Notes under the pieces: model-generated
Databases searched by the model: none
Seen by the model: the letters and a program-made list of their open reading frames with translations, nothing else
What the model was told of the DNA's origin: nothing
In this document: one piece after another, positions 36,117-48,349 of the stretch
Layout: every line of letters begins with the position of its first letter
How positions within the stretch are numbered: the stretch's first letter is position 1
Translations under genes and position numbers: made by a program
Source of the DNA: Blastocladiella emersonii ATCC 22665
Lineage: Eukaryota > Fungi > Blastocladiomycota
Assembly: GCA_025594325.1 (NCBI GenBank)
Contig: JANHCV010000004.1
Span: 1,426,001-1,490,000, forward strand
Reading direction: 5' to 3'
Length of the DNA stretch: 64,000 bases

Positions 36117-39100
36117 ATGGTACGCTTGCGGACTCATGCCGAGCGACCGAACGCACCAGTGTGCTGACCAACGCGCGCCCGCCCCACTAGTCGGCCACCA
36201 TGGACGTCGACAAGCCCGCCGCCGAGCAGACCATTGATGAGGGTCTCTACTCGCGCCAGATGTGCGTCGTCTCCACGCTTCGAACCGTCACCCCGCGCTG
36301 ACTAACATCCCCCGCCACCCGCGCGTCTAGCTACGCGATCGGCCTCGATGCCATGAAGAAGATGGCCGCGTCCAACGTGCTGATCATCGGCATGAAGGGT
36401 CTCGGCGTCGAGCTCGCCAAGAACGTGGTGCTCGCCGGCGTCAAGTCGGTGACCATCTACGACCCGGAGCCGGCCCAGCTCGCCGACCTGTCGTCGCAGT
36501 TCTTCCTCACCGAGCAGGACGTGGGCAAGCGCCGCGACCACGTCACCCAGCCCAAGCTCGCCGAGCTCAACCAGTACGTGCCCGTGTCCGTGCTCGACGG
36601 CGAGTTCGCCCTCGACCGCCTGCAGGCGTTCCAGGTCGTGGTCGTCACCTCGGCCACGCTCCACCGCGTCATGGAGATCAACGACTACACCCACGCCCAC
36701 GGCATCAAGTTCATTGCCGTCGACACCCGCGGTCTCGCCGCCTTCGCCTTCTGCGACTTCGGCGCCGGCTTCGAGGTCACCGACGCCACGGGCGAGCCTG
36801 CCCACTTCGGCATGCTCGCCGCCATCTCGTCCGACAAGGAGGGCGTCGTGACGTGCCTCGACGAGACGCGCCACGGGCTCGAGGACGGCGACCACGTCAC
36901 GTTCACCGAGGTGGTTGGCATGGACGGCCTCAACGACTGCGCCCCGCGCAAGGTCAAGGTGCTCGGCCCCTTCACCTTCTCGATCGGCGACACGACCGGG
37001 CTCGGCCAGTACGTGCGCGGCGGCATCTTCAAGCAGGTCAAGATGCCCGTCAAGCTCGACTTCAAGTCCGTGTCGGCGTCCATCAAGGACCCCGAGTACC
37101 TCTTCTCCGACTTTGCCAAGTTCGACGTGCCGCCGCAGCTCCACGCCGCCTTCTACGCGCTGTCCGAGTTTGTCGCCCAGCACGGCCGCGTGCCCGTGCC
37201 GCGCAACGAGGACGACGCGGCCGAGGTGCTCGCCAAGGCCAAGGCGTTTGCCGCCACGCTCAAGGACCCCGTCGAGGTCAACGAGAAGCTCGTCAAGCTG
37301 TTCGCGTACCAGGCCGCGGGCGACCTCAGCCCCATGGCGGCGGTGCTCGGCGGGCTCATGGCGCAGGAGGTGCTCAAGGCGTGCTCGGGCAAGTTCCACC
37401 CGCTCAAGCAGTACCTGTACTTTGACTCGTTCGAGTCGCTGCCGCAGTCCTACTCGCTGACGCAGTCCAAGTGCGCCATGCGCGGCACCCGGTACGACGG
37501 CCAGATTGCCGTGTTCGGGTCCGACTTCCAGCGCCGCATCCAGGAGTCGCGCAAGTTCCTCGTCGGGTCGGGCGCCATCGGGTGCGAGATGCTCAAGAAC
37601 TGGGCCATGATGGGCGTCGGCACCTCGGGCGACGGTCAAATCTTCGTCACGGACATGGACTCGATCGAGAAGTCGAACCTCAACCGCCAGTTCCTGTTCC
37701 GCCCGTGGGACGTGTCCAAGCTCAAGTCGGCGACGGCGGCGGCGGCGGTGCGCAACATGAACGGCGAGCTGCAGATCACCACGTTCACGGACCGCGTGGG
37801 TGCCGACACGGAGCACATTTTCAACGACGCGTTCTGGGGGCAGCTCGACGTGGTGACCAACGCGCTCGACAACGTGGACGCGCGCAAGTACGTGGACCGG
37901 CGGTGCGTCTTCTACAACAAGCCACTGCTCGAGTCGGGCACGCTCGGGACCAAGGGCAACACGCAGGTGATCCTGCCGCACAAGACCGAGTCGTACTCGT
38001 CGAGCCAGGACCCGCCCGAGAAGTCGATCCCGATCTGCACGCTCAAGAACTTCCCGAACCAGATCGAGCACACGATCCAGTGGGCGCGCGACCTGTTTGA
38101 GGGCCTGTTCCGCCAGCCGGCCGAGAACGTGAACCTGTACCTGTCGGAGCCCAAGTTCATTGAGCAGACGATGCGCAGCAACTCGGCCCGCGACACGCTG
38201 GCCTCGGTCAAGGAGTTCCTCGTGGACCAGCGGCCGCGCTCGTTCGAGGAGTGCATCCAGTGGGCGCGCCTCAAGTTCGAGGAGCTGTACGTCAACAACA
38301 TCAAGCAGCTGCTGTACAACTTCCCCAAGGACTCGGTCACGTCGACGGGCCAGATGTTCTGGTCGGGCCCCAAGCGCGCGCCCGAGGCGCTCGCCTTCGA
38401 CAAGACCAACCCGCTGCACATGGATTTCGTCGTGCACGCGGCGCACCTGCACGCGTTCAACTACGGGCTGCGCTCGGTCGAGGACCGCCAGGTGTACGTG
38501 GACGTGCTCGACGCCATGGTGATTCCCGAGTTTGTGCCCAAGGAGGGCGTCAAGATCCAGGTCAACGAGGCCGAGGCGGCGGCCGCTGCGTCCTCGGGTG
38601 GCGATTCCTCGTCGGGCGGCGACGAGCTCGACCAGCTCGTGGCGTCGCTCCCGGCGCCCAGCACCATGGCCGGGTTCAAGCTGACGGCGGCCGACTTCGA
38701 GAAGGACGACGACTCGAACCACCACATCGACTTCATCACGGCGTGCTCGAACCTGCGCGCGACCAACTACAACATCGCGGTGGCGGACCGCACGCACACC
38801 AAGCAGATCGCGGGCAAGATCATCCCGGCGATCGCCACGACCACGGCGCTGGTGACGGGTCTCGTGTGCCTCGAGCTGTACAAGCTGCTCGACAACAACA
38901 AGCCGCTCGAGCAGTTCAAGAACGGGTTCGTGAACCTGGCGCTGCCCTTCTTCGGGTTCTCGGAGCCGATCGCGGCGCCCAAGCTCAAGTACAACGGCAA
39001 GGAGTTCACGCTGTGGGACCGGTTCGAGGTGGCCAACATGACGCTGGGCGAGCTGCTGGCGTATTTCGAGAAGGAGCACCAGCTCGAGATCACCATGATG

Positions 39101-39304
39101 TCGTCGGGCGTGTCGATGCTCTACTCGTTCTTCATGCCCAAGAAGAAGGTGGACGAGCGCAAGGGGCTCAAGCTGTCGGACCTGGTCGAGACCGTGTCCA
39201 AGAAGCCCGTCCCCGCCCACGCCAAGTCGATCGTCGTCGAGGTGTGCTGCAACGACGCCGAGGGAGAGGACGTCGAGGTGCCCTACATCCTCGTGCGCCT
39301 GTAA
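36117..39304 (+). CDS. UBA1: Ubiquitin-activating enzyme E1; exons 36117-36119 (ATG only, inferred), 36191-36261, 36331-39304
   Basis: DEGLYSRQ, GMKGLGVELAKN, VGSGAIGCEMLKN, DMDSIEKSNLNRQFLF, catalytic SIPICTLKNFP, FEKDDDSNHHIDF, AGKIIPAIATTT. Confidence 0.98.
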
Positions 39305-39540
39305 GCGCAACGCGTGCTCGCTGTTGAGCGGTTTTGTCTGATGTGATGTGATCGCTGTTGCTCCCAATGTAACTGGCCTGTTCCTTTTGCTGACTTGCTT
39401 GCTCGCGGTGTTCATGTCCCGTTGGCCCGCGTGCCGCCTGCAGCCGCGGTGACGCGTCCACGCTTTCCTTCAGCTCAAGTCGCCGCCTATCCTTCTCCCT
39501 TTCTCCAAAGCTCGCACCCCTTGCAACTTAACGCTATACC

Positions 39541-40582
39541 ATGATGACATCGACACCCGCTACTACCAGCAACAACCATGCATCCGCCGTCGTCCCGCTG
39601 ACGGCCTCGTTCGACGCTGCGCCGCTCCGTGGCGCGACGCTCGTCCTCGTACGCTTCGGCGCGCCTCCGCCCTCGGCTCCCGTCGCTGACACGTTCACCC
39701 GCGATAGCCGACCGTGTCCACGGGCAACGTGCCGCAGCTCGTCGCCGACCTGCTCGCGTCGACGCTCGGCGACATGGCCCGCGTCGGCGACCTCGGCTCG
39801 CCGTACGTGCTCAACCTGTGCGGGCCCGACGCGTTCGGCCGCGCTGACCAGGTCGCGATGCCGCTCGAGGGTACGCAGCCACGGCCTTTGTACTTGAGCC
39901 GTCGCTGACTCGTAGCCCCCGCCTCGCAGTGTACCACAGCCCTGCCGCCAACCTCGCGGTGCTGCAGCTGCGCACGCCCGTGATCCAGGGGTACGGCGGC
40001 AAGTTCACGCGCGCGGTGTGGGACTGGGCGGCCGCCGCGGGCGTCGCGCGGATCGTCGTGCTTGCGTCCGCTGACGCGGCGTACCGCTCGGACCACTTGA
40101 TCGAGGGGTACGCGGGACGGCTTTCCGAGTAACAGGGCTTCGGCTGACGTGTTGAGCGTGAGTAGCACGCCCTCGTTCCGCCAGTTCGCGCTCGGCACCG
40201 GCGGCACCGACGACACCACGCCGTCGTCGGCCCTGTTCGCGTCCGCGGCCAAGCCGCTCGAGCCCGAGCACCGGAGCGGCTTGCTGCGCGGGGCCGGGAT
40301 CCTGGCGCCGCTCGTGGCCGTTGCGGGCAAGGCGGGGATCCCGACCGACGTGCTGGTGACATTCACGCTCGAGGGCGGTACGTAACGTCGTTCCACGATC
40401 TGCCCAATACCCGCTCACTCCATCACGGTGTAGACAATCTGCCCGACACCATGATGGTGTGGTCCAAGGTGCACGCCGCCCTCGGGCTCGCCGACGCGGC
40501 GCGCCAGCCCCGCGTGCCCGCGTCGTGGGCCGAGCTGTACGGCGCCGCGCTCGCGCCCGCGGTCGCGCGCGACGTGTATTGA
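39541..40582 (+). CDS. PSMG2: Proteasome assembly chaperone 2 (PAC2/PSMG2 family); multi-exon
   Basis: The spliced N-terminus reads TLVL|PTVSTGNVPQLVADLL, then LAVLQLRTPV, FTLEG|DNLPD and PRVPASWAELYG near the end. These match PAC2 hallmarks. Confidence 0.8.
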
Positions 40583-40699
40583 TTCTGCAAGAGGAGATTT
40601 GATATATATCACATACACACCGAAAAGGAGGAAGACTGTACAAAAATGAATGATGGGCTGGGATGCAAGGGAGCAAGGGTGCAAAGGGTCAAAACGGCG

Positions 40700-43171
40700 T
40701 TAGGTCCCGAGCAGCGTCGACGGGCTCACAAACTTGATCTCGGGCGGCCGTGGCGGCGACGTGTGCCCGTTGCTGCCCGCAACTGGTGGGGCGGCGAGGT
40801 CGAGCGGCGGCAGATCGTCGCCATCATCGTCGAGGTCAGGGTGCAGCTCGGCGGCCGCGGGCGCGACAGGGACCGATTCCACCGCCGCCGAAGCGGAAGC
40901 CGCCGCGGGCCCGTACCGGTCGCCGAACTTGGCCGTGAGCAGCGCCGCGGGCGCGGTGCGGGACCGCGACACGGACGCGCGGGACGAGGAGGACGGGGAG
41001 AGTTCCTCGACCGGGAGCGGGGGTGCTGGCGCGGGCGCTTGCGCGGCGAACAGGACGGACATGGGCGACAGGGGCGCCTGCTGCCGCTGCTGCTGGGCCG
41101 GCGGAGATGATGCTGGTGGTGCCGCGTCGTTGACGACGATGGCCGGGATCTCGGTCGGCGACTCGGTCGTCGGCGTGACCCCCTCCGCTCCGCCACCGCC
41201 GCCCGCCGCGGGCGCGAGCAGCGCGTAGCTCGACGAGCCCTCGGTGAACGACAGGATGCGCGGCGGGAGGAACAGGGACGCCTCGCTCCCATTTCCACCG
41301 CTGCGCAGCGTCGACGGCGCGCGCCGGCGCTGGATCGGCACGTCACCTTCGGCCCCCTCTCTCTCCCCATCCTCCGAGCCGTCGCTGTCGTCGTACCGCA
41401 GTGGGCCCAACACGTACGCCTTGGGCGCCGGGAGCACGTCCATGTGCGGCGAGGGCAGGCGCAGGGTCTCGTTGCGGTGCTGCGCGAGGAGGCGGGCACG
41501 CGCGCGCGCGATGGCGCGTTCGCCGACGGTCAGGCCGCCCGACGGCGCGACGAAGCCGAAGGGCGTCGCGGATCCAGCGGCCGGTGCAGCGGCGTTGAGC
41601 GACGGCGAGCCCATGGGCTGCGACGCGATGAACGGGCGGAGGACGAGCGGCTGCGTGGTCCCACCCGGCGCGACGACCGTGGGAGCGAACGCGGCGGGTG
41701 CGGCGGCTACGCTGGACGAGGCGGCGGCGGCGGACGGGTCAACGGACGATGCGGCAGTGGCGGCAGTCGTGGTGAGACCCGTCGGTCGAACGAGGATCTT
41801 CGCGGCAGGAGCGCCCGCGCCGGCGCTCGACGAGGACGCGACGGCGCCCGCGGGTGCGGTCCCGTCGCTGCCGCCCTTGTGCATGGACATGCGGCTGGCG
41901 CCCGTGTGCGCGCCGCGGCGGGACAGGGACAGGGACAGCACGCGGCGGGTGCCGGGTGCCGTCGTCGCGGATCCCTTGCCGCCGAACAGCGGCGCGAGCA
42001 CGCTCGGGAGCGACCAGCGGCGGTTGGAGCGCGAGGCGGGCGGGACGAGGTCGTCGGGGAGCGAGTCGGAGGTGAGGAACGGGCGCGTCGGGTACTCGCC
42101 GCCGGGGCCGGGCACGCCCAGGTTGGATGGAGGTGGGGACAGGGATTGCGGTGGTGGCGCGTGCGGCCCGCCAAACCGCGCCGACTTGTCGGAGTCGGAC
42201 CCGGCGATGGCGGTCCACGGCCAGCGGTGGTGCACGGAGCGGAAGCGGAACAGGGCGGCGAGGGCGAACAGGAATGAGAAGGTGGCGACGCTGACGGCCC
42301 ACGCGGCGCCCGTCGAGAGTCCGTGCGAAGATGAGGCCCCCGCGCCCGTGTCCGAGTCGGCGGGACACGTCGGGATCGCGACGCGGCCGTTGACCCAGGT
42401 ATCGGTGGCGTCGTCGTAGTACATGTTGAGGCACGGCGACGCGTCGCTGCCGGGGGTCAGCGACCACTCAAGCGGCAGGCACAGGTTGGCGCCGGCGCGC
42501 GTCGTGTCGTTGCGCGACAGCAGCGAGCACCGCTCGCCGCGGAACTGGGCGAGGATCGGCGGCACGCGCGTGAAGGCGTTGTTGTTGAGGTGCAGCACCG
42601 ACAGGTTGCCCGCGCTGACGACCGAGGCCGGGAAGTCGCGGATCAGGTTGTGGCCGAGGAACAGGACCTGCAGGCTCGTCGCGGACGCGAGCGCGGCGCC
42701 CGGGACCGCGGTGAAGGCGTTGTCGGAGGCGTAGAGGAAGCGCAGCTGCGGCATGGTGGCGACGGCGGCGGGGATCTCACCGGCAAAGTTGTTGTAGCGG
42801 ATGTGGATCTGCTGGACGGCGGGCAGCGAGGCGAGCGGGGCGAGCGACCCGGACAGGGCATTGTTGTTGAGGTAGAGCGAGGCGAGGTGGCGCAGGCCGG
42901 CGAGCGAGGCGGGCAGCGTGCCGTTGAGGTTGTTGGACCGCAGGTCGAGGTTGACGACGTGGCCGGCCGCGTTGCACGCCACGCCGAACCACCGGCAGCA
43001 GTCGGTCGACCCGCGCACCGCCTGCATGAACCCCGTCGTGTACACCCACGACGGCCCGCCCGTCGCCGCGTACAGGTCGACCAGCGCGTTGCACTCGGCC
43101 GGGTCGGGCGCCGCGGCGGCTGGCGCGGGCGCGGGGGACGGTGATGGTGTCGTTGTTGGTTGTGCGCTCAT
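40700..43171 (-). CDS. Single-pass leucine-rich-repeat protein (plant/bacterial-type LRR with Cys cap) with a long disordered tail
   Basis: Cap ECNALVDLYAATGGPSW...CCRWFGVAC; repeats LDLRSNNLNGTLPASL, LYLNNNALSGSL, IHIRYNNFAGEIP; TM AWAVSVATFSFLFALAALF followed by RFRSVHHR. First ATG at 43171. Confidence 0.8.
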   Translation of the reverse strand: MSAQPTTTPSPSPAPAPAAAAPDPAECNALVDLYAATGGPSWVYTTGFMQAVRGSTDCCRWFGVACNAAGHVVNLDLRSNNLNGTLPASLAGLRHLASLYLNNNALSGSLAPLASLPAVQQIHIRYNNFAGEIPAAVATMPQLRFLYASDNAFTAVPGAALASATSLQVLFLGHNLIRDFPASVVSAGNLSVLHLNNNAFTRVPPILAQFRGERCSLLSRNDTTRAGANLCLPLEWSLTPGSDASPCLNMYYDDATDTWVNGRVAIPTCPADSDTGAGASSSHGLSTGAAWAVSVATFSFLFALAALFRFRSVHHRWPWTAIAGSDSDKSARFGGPHAPPPQSLSPPPSNLGVPGPGGEYPTRPFLTSDSLPDDLVPPASRSNRRWSLPSVLAPLFGGKGSATTAPGTRRVLSLSLSRRGAHTGASRMSMHKGGSDGTAPAGAVASSSSAGAGAPAAKILVRPTGLTTTAATAASSVDPSAAAASSSVAAAPAAFAPTVVAPGGTTQPLVLRPFIASQPMGSPSLNAAAPAAGSATPFGFVAPSGGLTVGERAIARARARLLAQHRNETLRLPSPHMDVLPAPKAYVLGPLRYDDSDGSEDGEREGAEGDVPIQRRRAPSTLRSGGNGSEASLFLPPRILSFTEGSSSYALLAPAAGGGGGAEGVTPTTESPTEIPAIVVNDAAPPASSPPAQQQRQQAPLSPMSVLFAAQAPAPAPPLPVEELSPSSSSRASVSRSRTAPAALLTAKFGDRYGPAAASASAAVESVPVAPAAAELHPDLDDDGDDLPPLDLAAPPVAGSNGHTSPPRPPEIKFVSPSTLLGT

Positions 43172-43860
43172 TCTGGTGATGATATAATCGTGCAGGCGGT
43201 TACGTTGCGTCAAGTCGCGCGCTGCTGCGTCACGGTCGACTGCCGCAGCGGAGGGAACCACTGAGTGAGGTCGCTGCTCAGGTCGCTGCGACGACGAGCA
43301 GGCGACTCGAAAACGCCACACGGGGCTTCCAGCTCCACCGCTGCCTAAAAAATAAACGCGCCGACCTGAGAAATAGAGTGCACGGCATCGCGATGAAATC
43401 CTGATGAGTCGAACGCTATTCGCATGATCCTCGCGCTATTCAACAGCGCGGAGAAGCGCGGGAGGGACCGTCGCGACGCGATGGGAGGGACCGGGAGGGC
43501 CGTGACTCGTCCATGTTCAGTGACGCACGTCGGAGGAGAAGAGGGAGGCTCAGCGGGCGAGGTCGCAGGATATCCGATCACGCGGAGCCTTTTCCTTCAG
43601 GCGCGCACGTTCCGGGAACGCCCGAGGGGAGGCGCGCATGGCTGGCATGGAGCTTGCCATTCCGGGCGCGCCCGGCGCACGTGCGCAACGTCACCCTGTT
43701 GTGCCTCCAAGGTTGGCGACGGCGACGCGATCATCATCTGCTCGCCGCCCGCGACCCCGAACCCCCGTATAAATACGGCGCGGCCCCCCGCACCCTTCCC
43801 GCTCTCTTGATCGCGCTCGCCAACCTTCTCGCCCGACCAACGTAACAACTCCACCCCACC

Positions 43861-45236
43861 ATGCTGTCTGCCTCGTACGCGGCGCGCAACGCCCGCCTCC
43901 CCGCCCTCGTGGCGCGCTCGGCCTCGACCTGGGCCAACGTCAAGATGGGTCCCCCCGATCCGATTCTCGGTGGTGCGTGCTACATCCCGTTCTGGCGCGA
44001 CGACGACGACGATCGCCCCCGATCTCACTCCTGTGCCCGCGCTTCCGCCGTACAGTCACCGAGGCCTTCAAGGCCGACGCCAACCCGAGCAAGATGAACC
44101 TCGGCGTCGGCGCGTACCGCGACGACAACGGCAAGCCGTACGTGCTGTCGTGCGTGCGCAAGGCCGAGGGCATCCTCATGGACAAGGCCCTCGACAAGGA
44201 GTACCTCGGCATCACGGGCCTGCCCACCTTCACCTCGGCGGCCGCCCGCCTCGCGTACGGCGAGGACTCGCACGTGCTCGGCGAGAAGCGCGTGGCCGTG
44301 ACCCAGTCCATCTCGGGCACGGGCGCCCTGCGCATCGGCGGCGAGTTCCTCGCCCGCTGGTACCCGCACGCCAAGCGCATCTACCTGCCCACGCCGTCGT
44401 GGGGCAACCACACGCCCATCATGCGCGACTCGGGCCTCGAGGTGCACGCCTACCGCTACTTCGACAAGTCGACCAACGGCCTCGACATCGAGGGCATGCT
44501 CGCCGACCTCAAGGACGCGCCCGAGCGCTCCATCATCCTGCTCCACGCCTGCGCCCACAACCCGACGGGTGTCGACCCGACCCCCGAGCAGTGGAAGGCC
44601 ATCCACGAGGTGGTCGACGCCAAGGGCCACTTTGCCTTCTTCGACATGGCCTACCAGGGCTTCGCCTCGGGCGACCCGCAGAAGGACGCGTTCGCGCTCC
44701 GCCATTTCGTGTCCGAGGGCGCCATCGCCGGCGAGGGCCGCCTGTGCCTCGCCCAGTCGTTTGCCAAGAACATTGGCCTGTACGGCGAGCGCGTCGGCAC
44801 CTTCTCGATTGTCGGCGCCGACGCCGAGGAGGCCAAGCGCGTCGAGTCGCAGCTCAAGATCCTCATCCGCCCCATGTACTCGAACCCGCCCATGCACGGC
44901 GCCCGCATCGTGTCGACGGTGCTCAACACGCCTGAGCTCAACGAGGAGTGGCTCGGCGAGGTCAAGACCATGGCCGACCGCATCATCACCATGCGCGAGC
45001 GCCTCTTCAACCACCTCGTCGACGACTTCAACTCCAAGCTCGACTGGTCGCACATCACGTCGCAGATCGGCATGTTCTGCTTCACGGGCCTGCGCCCCGA
45101 GGAGGTCGACCGCCTCAAGTCCGAGTTCGCCGTCTACCTCACCCGCGACGGCCGTATCTCCATTGCCGGTATCTCGTCGGGCAACGTCGAGTACCTCGCC
45201 AAGGCCATCCACGAGGTGACCAAGGACCGCGCCTAA
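43861..45236 (+). CDS. AAT1: Aspartate aminotransferase, mitochondrial; exons 43861-43972, 44056-45236
   Basis: PPDPILG|[42 protein letters not shown] Lys in [20 protein letters not shown]. Arg-rich presequence. Confidence 0.96.
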
Positions 45237-45828
45237 GCGCCTTCCCCCTCTCCCCTTCCCATCTGTGAATACCTCCTCCCCTCTCTCTCATCGCGCGTGT
45301 TGGTGCGCTGCGCGCACTCACCCCCTTCTCCTCCTCGTCGCATGATATAGCCATGTCTCCGCTTTTGGATATCTTGGTCGCGTCGTTGCGTTCCGAGAGC
45401 GGGAACCGGGCAGTGTGCGCGTGCGGCTTCGCGTCCCTCTCTTTTCCCTACCTCACCCCCCACCCGCCCTGAATGTCGAATATCGGAACGTCAAGCTCGA
45501 AGAATGAAGAATCAATACACCCAAACTATTGCTAGTGAACCTCGCCTCTATTGATCGTGTGACGGACGGCCTCCGTCTCGAGCGCGCGGTTGGTTGATCT
45601 GCGAGTGTCCGCGCCTCGTTCGATCCCTGAGTCAACTCAGAACCGCGTTGACTGCTCTCGCGCAACTTGATGGTGACGGATCGGTGAACTCGGTTGCATG
45701 GCGAGTGGCGTTCATGACCCACGCTGCCTGATACCATGGCTGATCGCCCAACGACTCGTCGCATCAGCTTCAGTGCCAAGGTTGACGAGATGGTTGACAG
45801 TTAAGAGATCAATAAATACTAAGCTAGT

Positions 45829-47881
45829 CTAATGTCCACCCTCCGCGTCCTCCTCCTTGCCCAGCAACTGCGCCAGTCGCGGCGGGAGGGACTTGTAAAG
45901 TGCCGCCCGGAAGTTCGTGTCCATGGCGAAGATGATGATCGGGTCCATGAGCGGCGAGAAGGTGATGAACAGGCACATGGTTGTGTCGAAGGCCACGGGC
46001 AGCCGGTGCTTCGTAAAGTAGCACATCAAGACTACACGACCACGCGTGCGTGTACGTTAGTTGGTGGTCGCGGCAGCGTCGAGCGAGAAACACGTACTCT
46101 GGATCACGAAGAGGATGAACGTCGAGAAGAAAGCCGCAAAGATGGTCAGCCCGCGCCGCATCAGGAGCGCCTCGATGTTGAGCTTCTTGAGCGCCTTGCG
46201 CTTCTTGCGCCGCGCCACATGGCTGCCCGTCTGCGCGTTGATCCCGGCGCCGTTCGACCCGCGGAGCCCCGCCTGCTGCTGCTGCTGCTGCCCCGCTCCG
46301 CCGGCGCCCGGCCGACTCGGCACACTCGCGTCGTCGCTGTCCATGGTCGACGAGCTCATGATCGACGACCCCAGCCCGTTATCCGCCGACGAGTCGCCGA
46401 GCGAACTGTCGGACGCGTTGCGGCTGCCCATCTCGCGCTTCGTGCCCGGCACCGCGAGCGTGTTGCCGCCGCCCGTCACGGGCGCGGCCAGCGACGCGAT
46501 ACCGCGGGTGAACGCCACGGACATGCGCCGGATCGGCGCGATCAGCTTGTCGCTCGCGCGCTTCGGGCGCATCGGACCCGCGGCCGCGGGCAGCTGACGC
46601 GACCCGCCGAGGATGTTGGAGCTCGAGTTCCGGATGTCGGGCAGCGCGCCGAGCACGCTGTTCGTGGTCGCCGTCGTCATGACCGTGTCGGTGGTCATCA
46701 CGGACTCGGACCCGAACGTCGTGCTCTTGAGCCCGACGCCAGTTCGGATCGTTTCGACCGACCCGCCGTTGGCCTTGATCAGGTGCGGCGGTGACATGGC
46801 GCCGTGCGGCGTCGTGGGACCGGCGCCCGGGCCGGTGCGCCGGCCCGCGACGGCCGCGGCTGCGCCGGCGGGCGCGTTGGGCGACCGGCTCGCGCCCGTC
46901 ATCTTGTTGAGCTTGCGGAACGACTTGCGCAGCTTGCGCACGATGGCCGAGTAGACGACTAGAGGGGCGGCGAGGGTCAGTGCACGGCAACGTTGCCGGA
47001 CAGCGACGGGATAGCGTACCCATCACGAGCTGAATGTTGGCCGTCATGACGCCGACGCTACACGAGAAAGTACCGTCAGTATGGTGTGGCATGTGCAGAG
47101 GACGCATCACACGCACGTACTCGAAGAACGTGAGCCACGTCGAGATGACCTCGCCGGACCCGAAATTCGGGTGGCAGAAGAGCCCCGACGCCGAGATGAC
47201 GGGCCGCGGGACCGTGAGCATGTGGAACATGCTGTTCCCCACGGCCAGCGCGAGCACGTTCCCGAAGGCCATGACCACGAGCTTGTTTGGGAGCTACGCG
47301 TACGCGAACGGGTCAAGACGCGTGGCGCAGGGCGAAAGCGCAAGGCAAGCGTACCTTGATCATCCGAAGGATGCACAGGAACCGCTCGGCCGAGACGACA
47401 AGCAGCTGCGCGACGAGCGCCGTGAGGAAGAAGACGTTGCCGCCCGCGTCGATTTGGCAATGGACCTACGAGATCGGGGAGGGTCAGTGGCCGTGGCCGA
47501 GGTCCGCGGCAGCGGGCGACGGCGTACGTATTGCCAAGACCGGTTGTAGAGGAAAACGGATTTGGTGGTCAGGATGAAGACACCGTAGACAATGTGTGTT
47601 GAGCTACAGCCGACACGAGCGTGAGCTCAAGGCCCAGTCACGGCCGGGCGAGCGAGGGCCACGCACCATAGCGCCAACGAGAGCATGTTCGAGGCGTTGA
47701 ACCCGAGCTGGTACACGACACCGGTCCTCACGAGCGCGACATTGAGGACGATGATGATGATAGCCTGCGCTATGCCTATCGAGTTGAAGAGAACCGCGCT
47801 GTCCTTGTTCGGGTACGCAAGGGGGTCCCATCCGACCCCCTTGTTCCACGCAATCAGCGAGTCCGGGTCGGTTGTGTTCAT
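45829..47881 (-). CDS. Class A (rhodopsin-like) 7TM receptor, copy 1; multi-exon, very long ICL3
   Basis: N-glycosylation sequon MNTT, TM1 AIIIIVLNVALV, TM3 HCQIDAGGNVFF..SAERF, TM6 EALLMRRGLTIFAAFFSTF, TM7 FSPLMDPIIIF followed by helix 8 DTNFR. Confidence 0.8.
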
Positions 47882-48050
47882 GGGCTAGCTTCGCAGTGGC
47901 ACTGTTCGAGAGAGCCAGATTCACGGGTCGAGATAGGAGAGAGCGCGGCCGGAGCCCGATCTGAACGGGCCATCCGTATTCGGTGACACAGCGACAGGTG
48001 TCGACTTGGGCCGGGGGACGAGTGGCCCTGTCCGCCGGACCGATTCCTCG

Positions 48051-48077
48051 GCAGTGCAGTGCAGTGCAGTGCAGTGC
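48051..48077 (+). repeat. (GCAGT)5 pentanucleotide microsatellite
   Basis: gcagtgcagtgcagtgcagtgcagtgc, ~170 nt upstream of the ATG of 7TM copy 1. Confidence 0.9.
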
Positions 48078-48349
48078 TGGGGCGGCTCTCCCACCGCATT
48101 CGCGGCAGTGCAGAGTGCGGGGGACGCAGTTTGCCCGGTGCGTACGGTGCGGAAAGCCATTTGCGCGCGATTAGGCTGGGAGACGTGGCTGCCGAGGACG
48201 CGTCGCGGCGCGGCACGCTACGAGACACGGCCGCGGGTGACATCACGTTTTATGAGACGCGACGCGCGAGACATCTCACGTTTTCGGTCCGCGCATAGCC
48301 GAAACGGCATTCCAATCACAGATATATATGGCCTCCAATCGCACATCGC

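Noticed and set aside
36302-39415. 1037-aa antisense ORF over UBA1 (likewise 44025..45212 over AAT1 and many R/A/P/G-rich ORFs)
   Set aside because: Same codon-register artefact: GC-rich coding sequence lacks stops on the opposite strand.
43861-45300. Cryptic peroxisomal isoforms by stop-codon readthrough (AAT1, GDH2)
   Set aside because: Stops are TAA without the TGA-CTA readthrough context, and no PTS1-like extension is evident.
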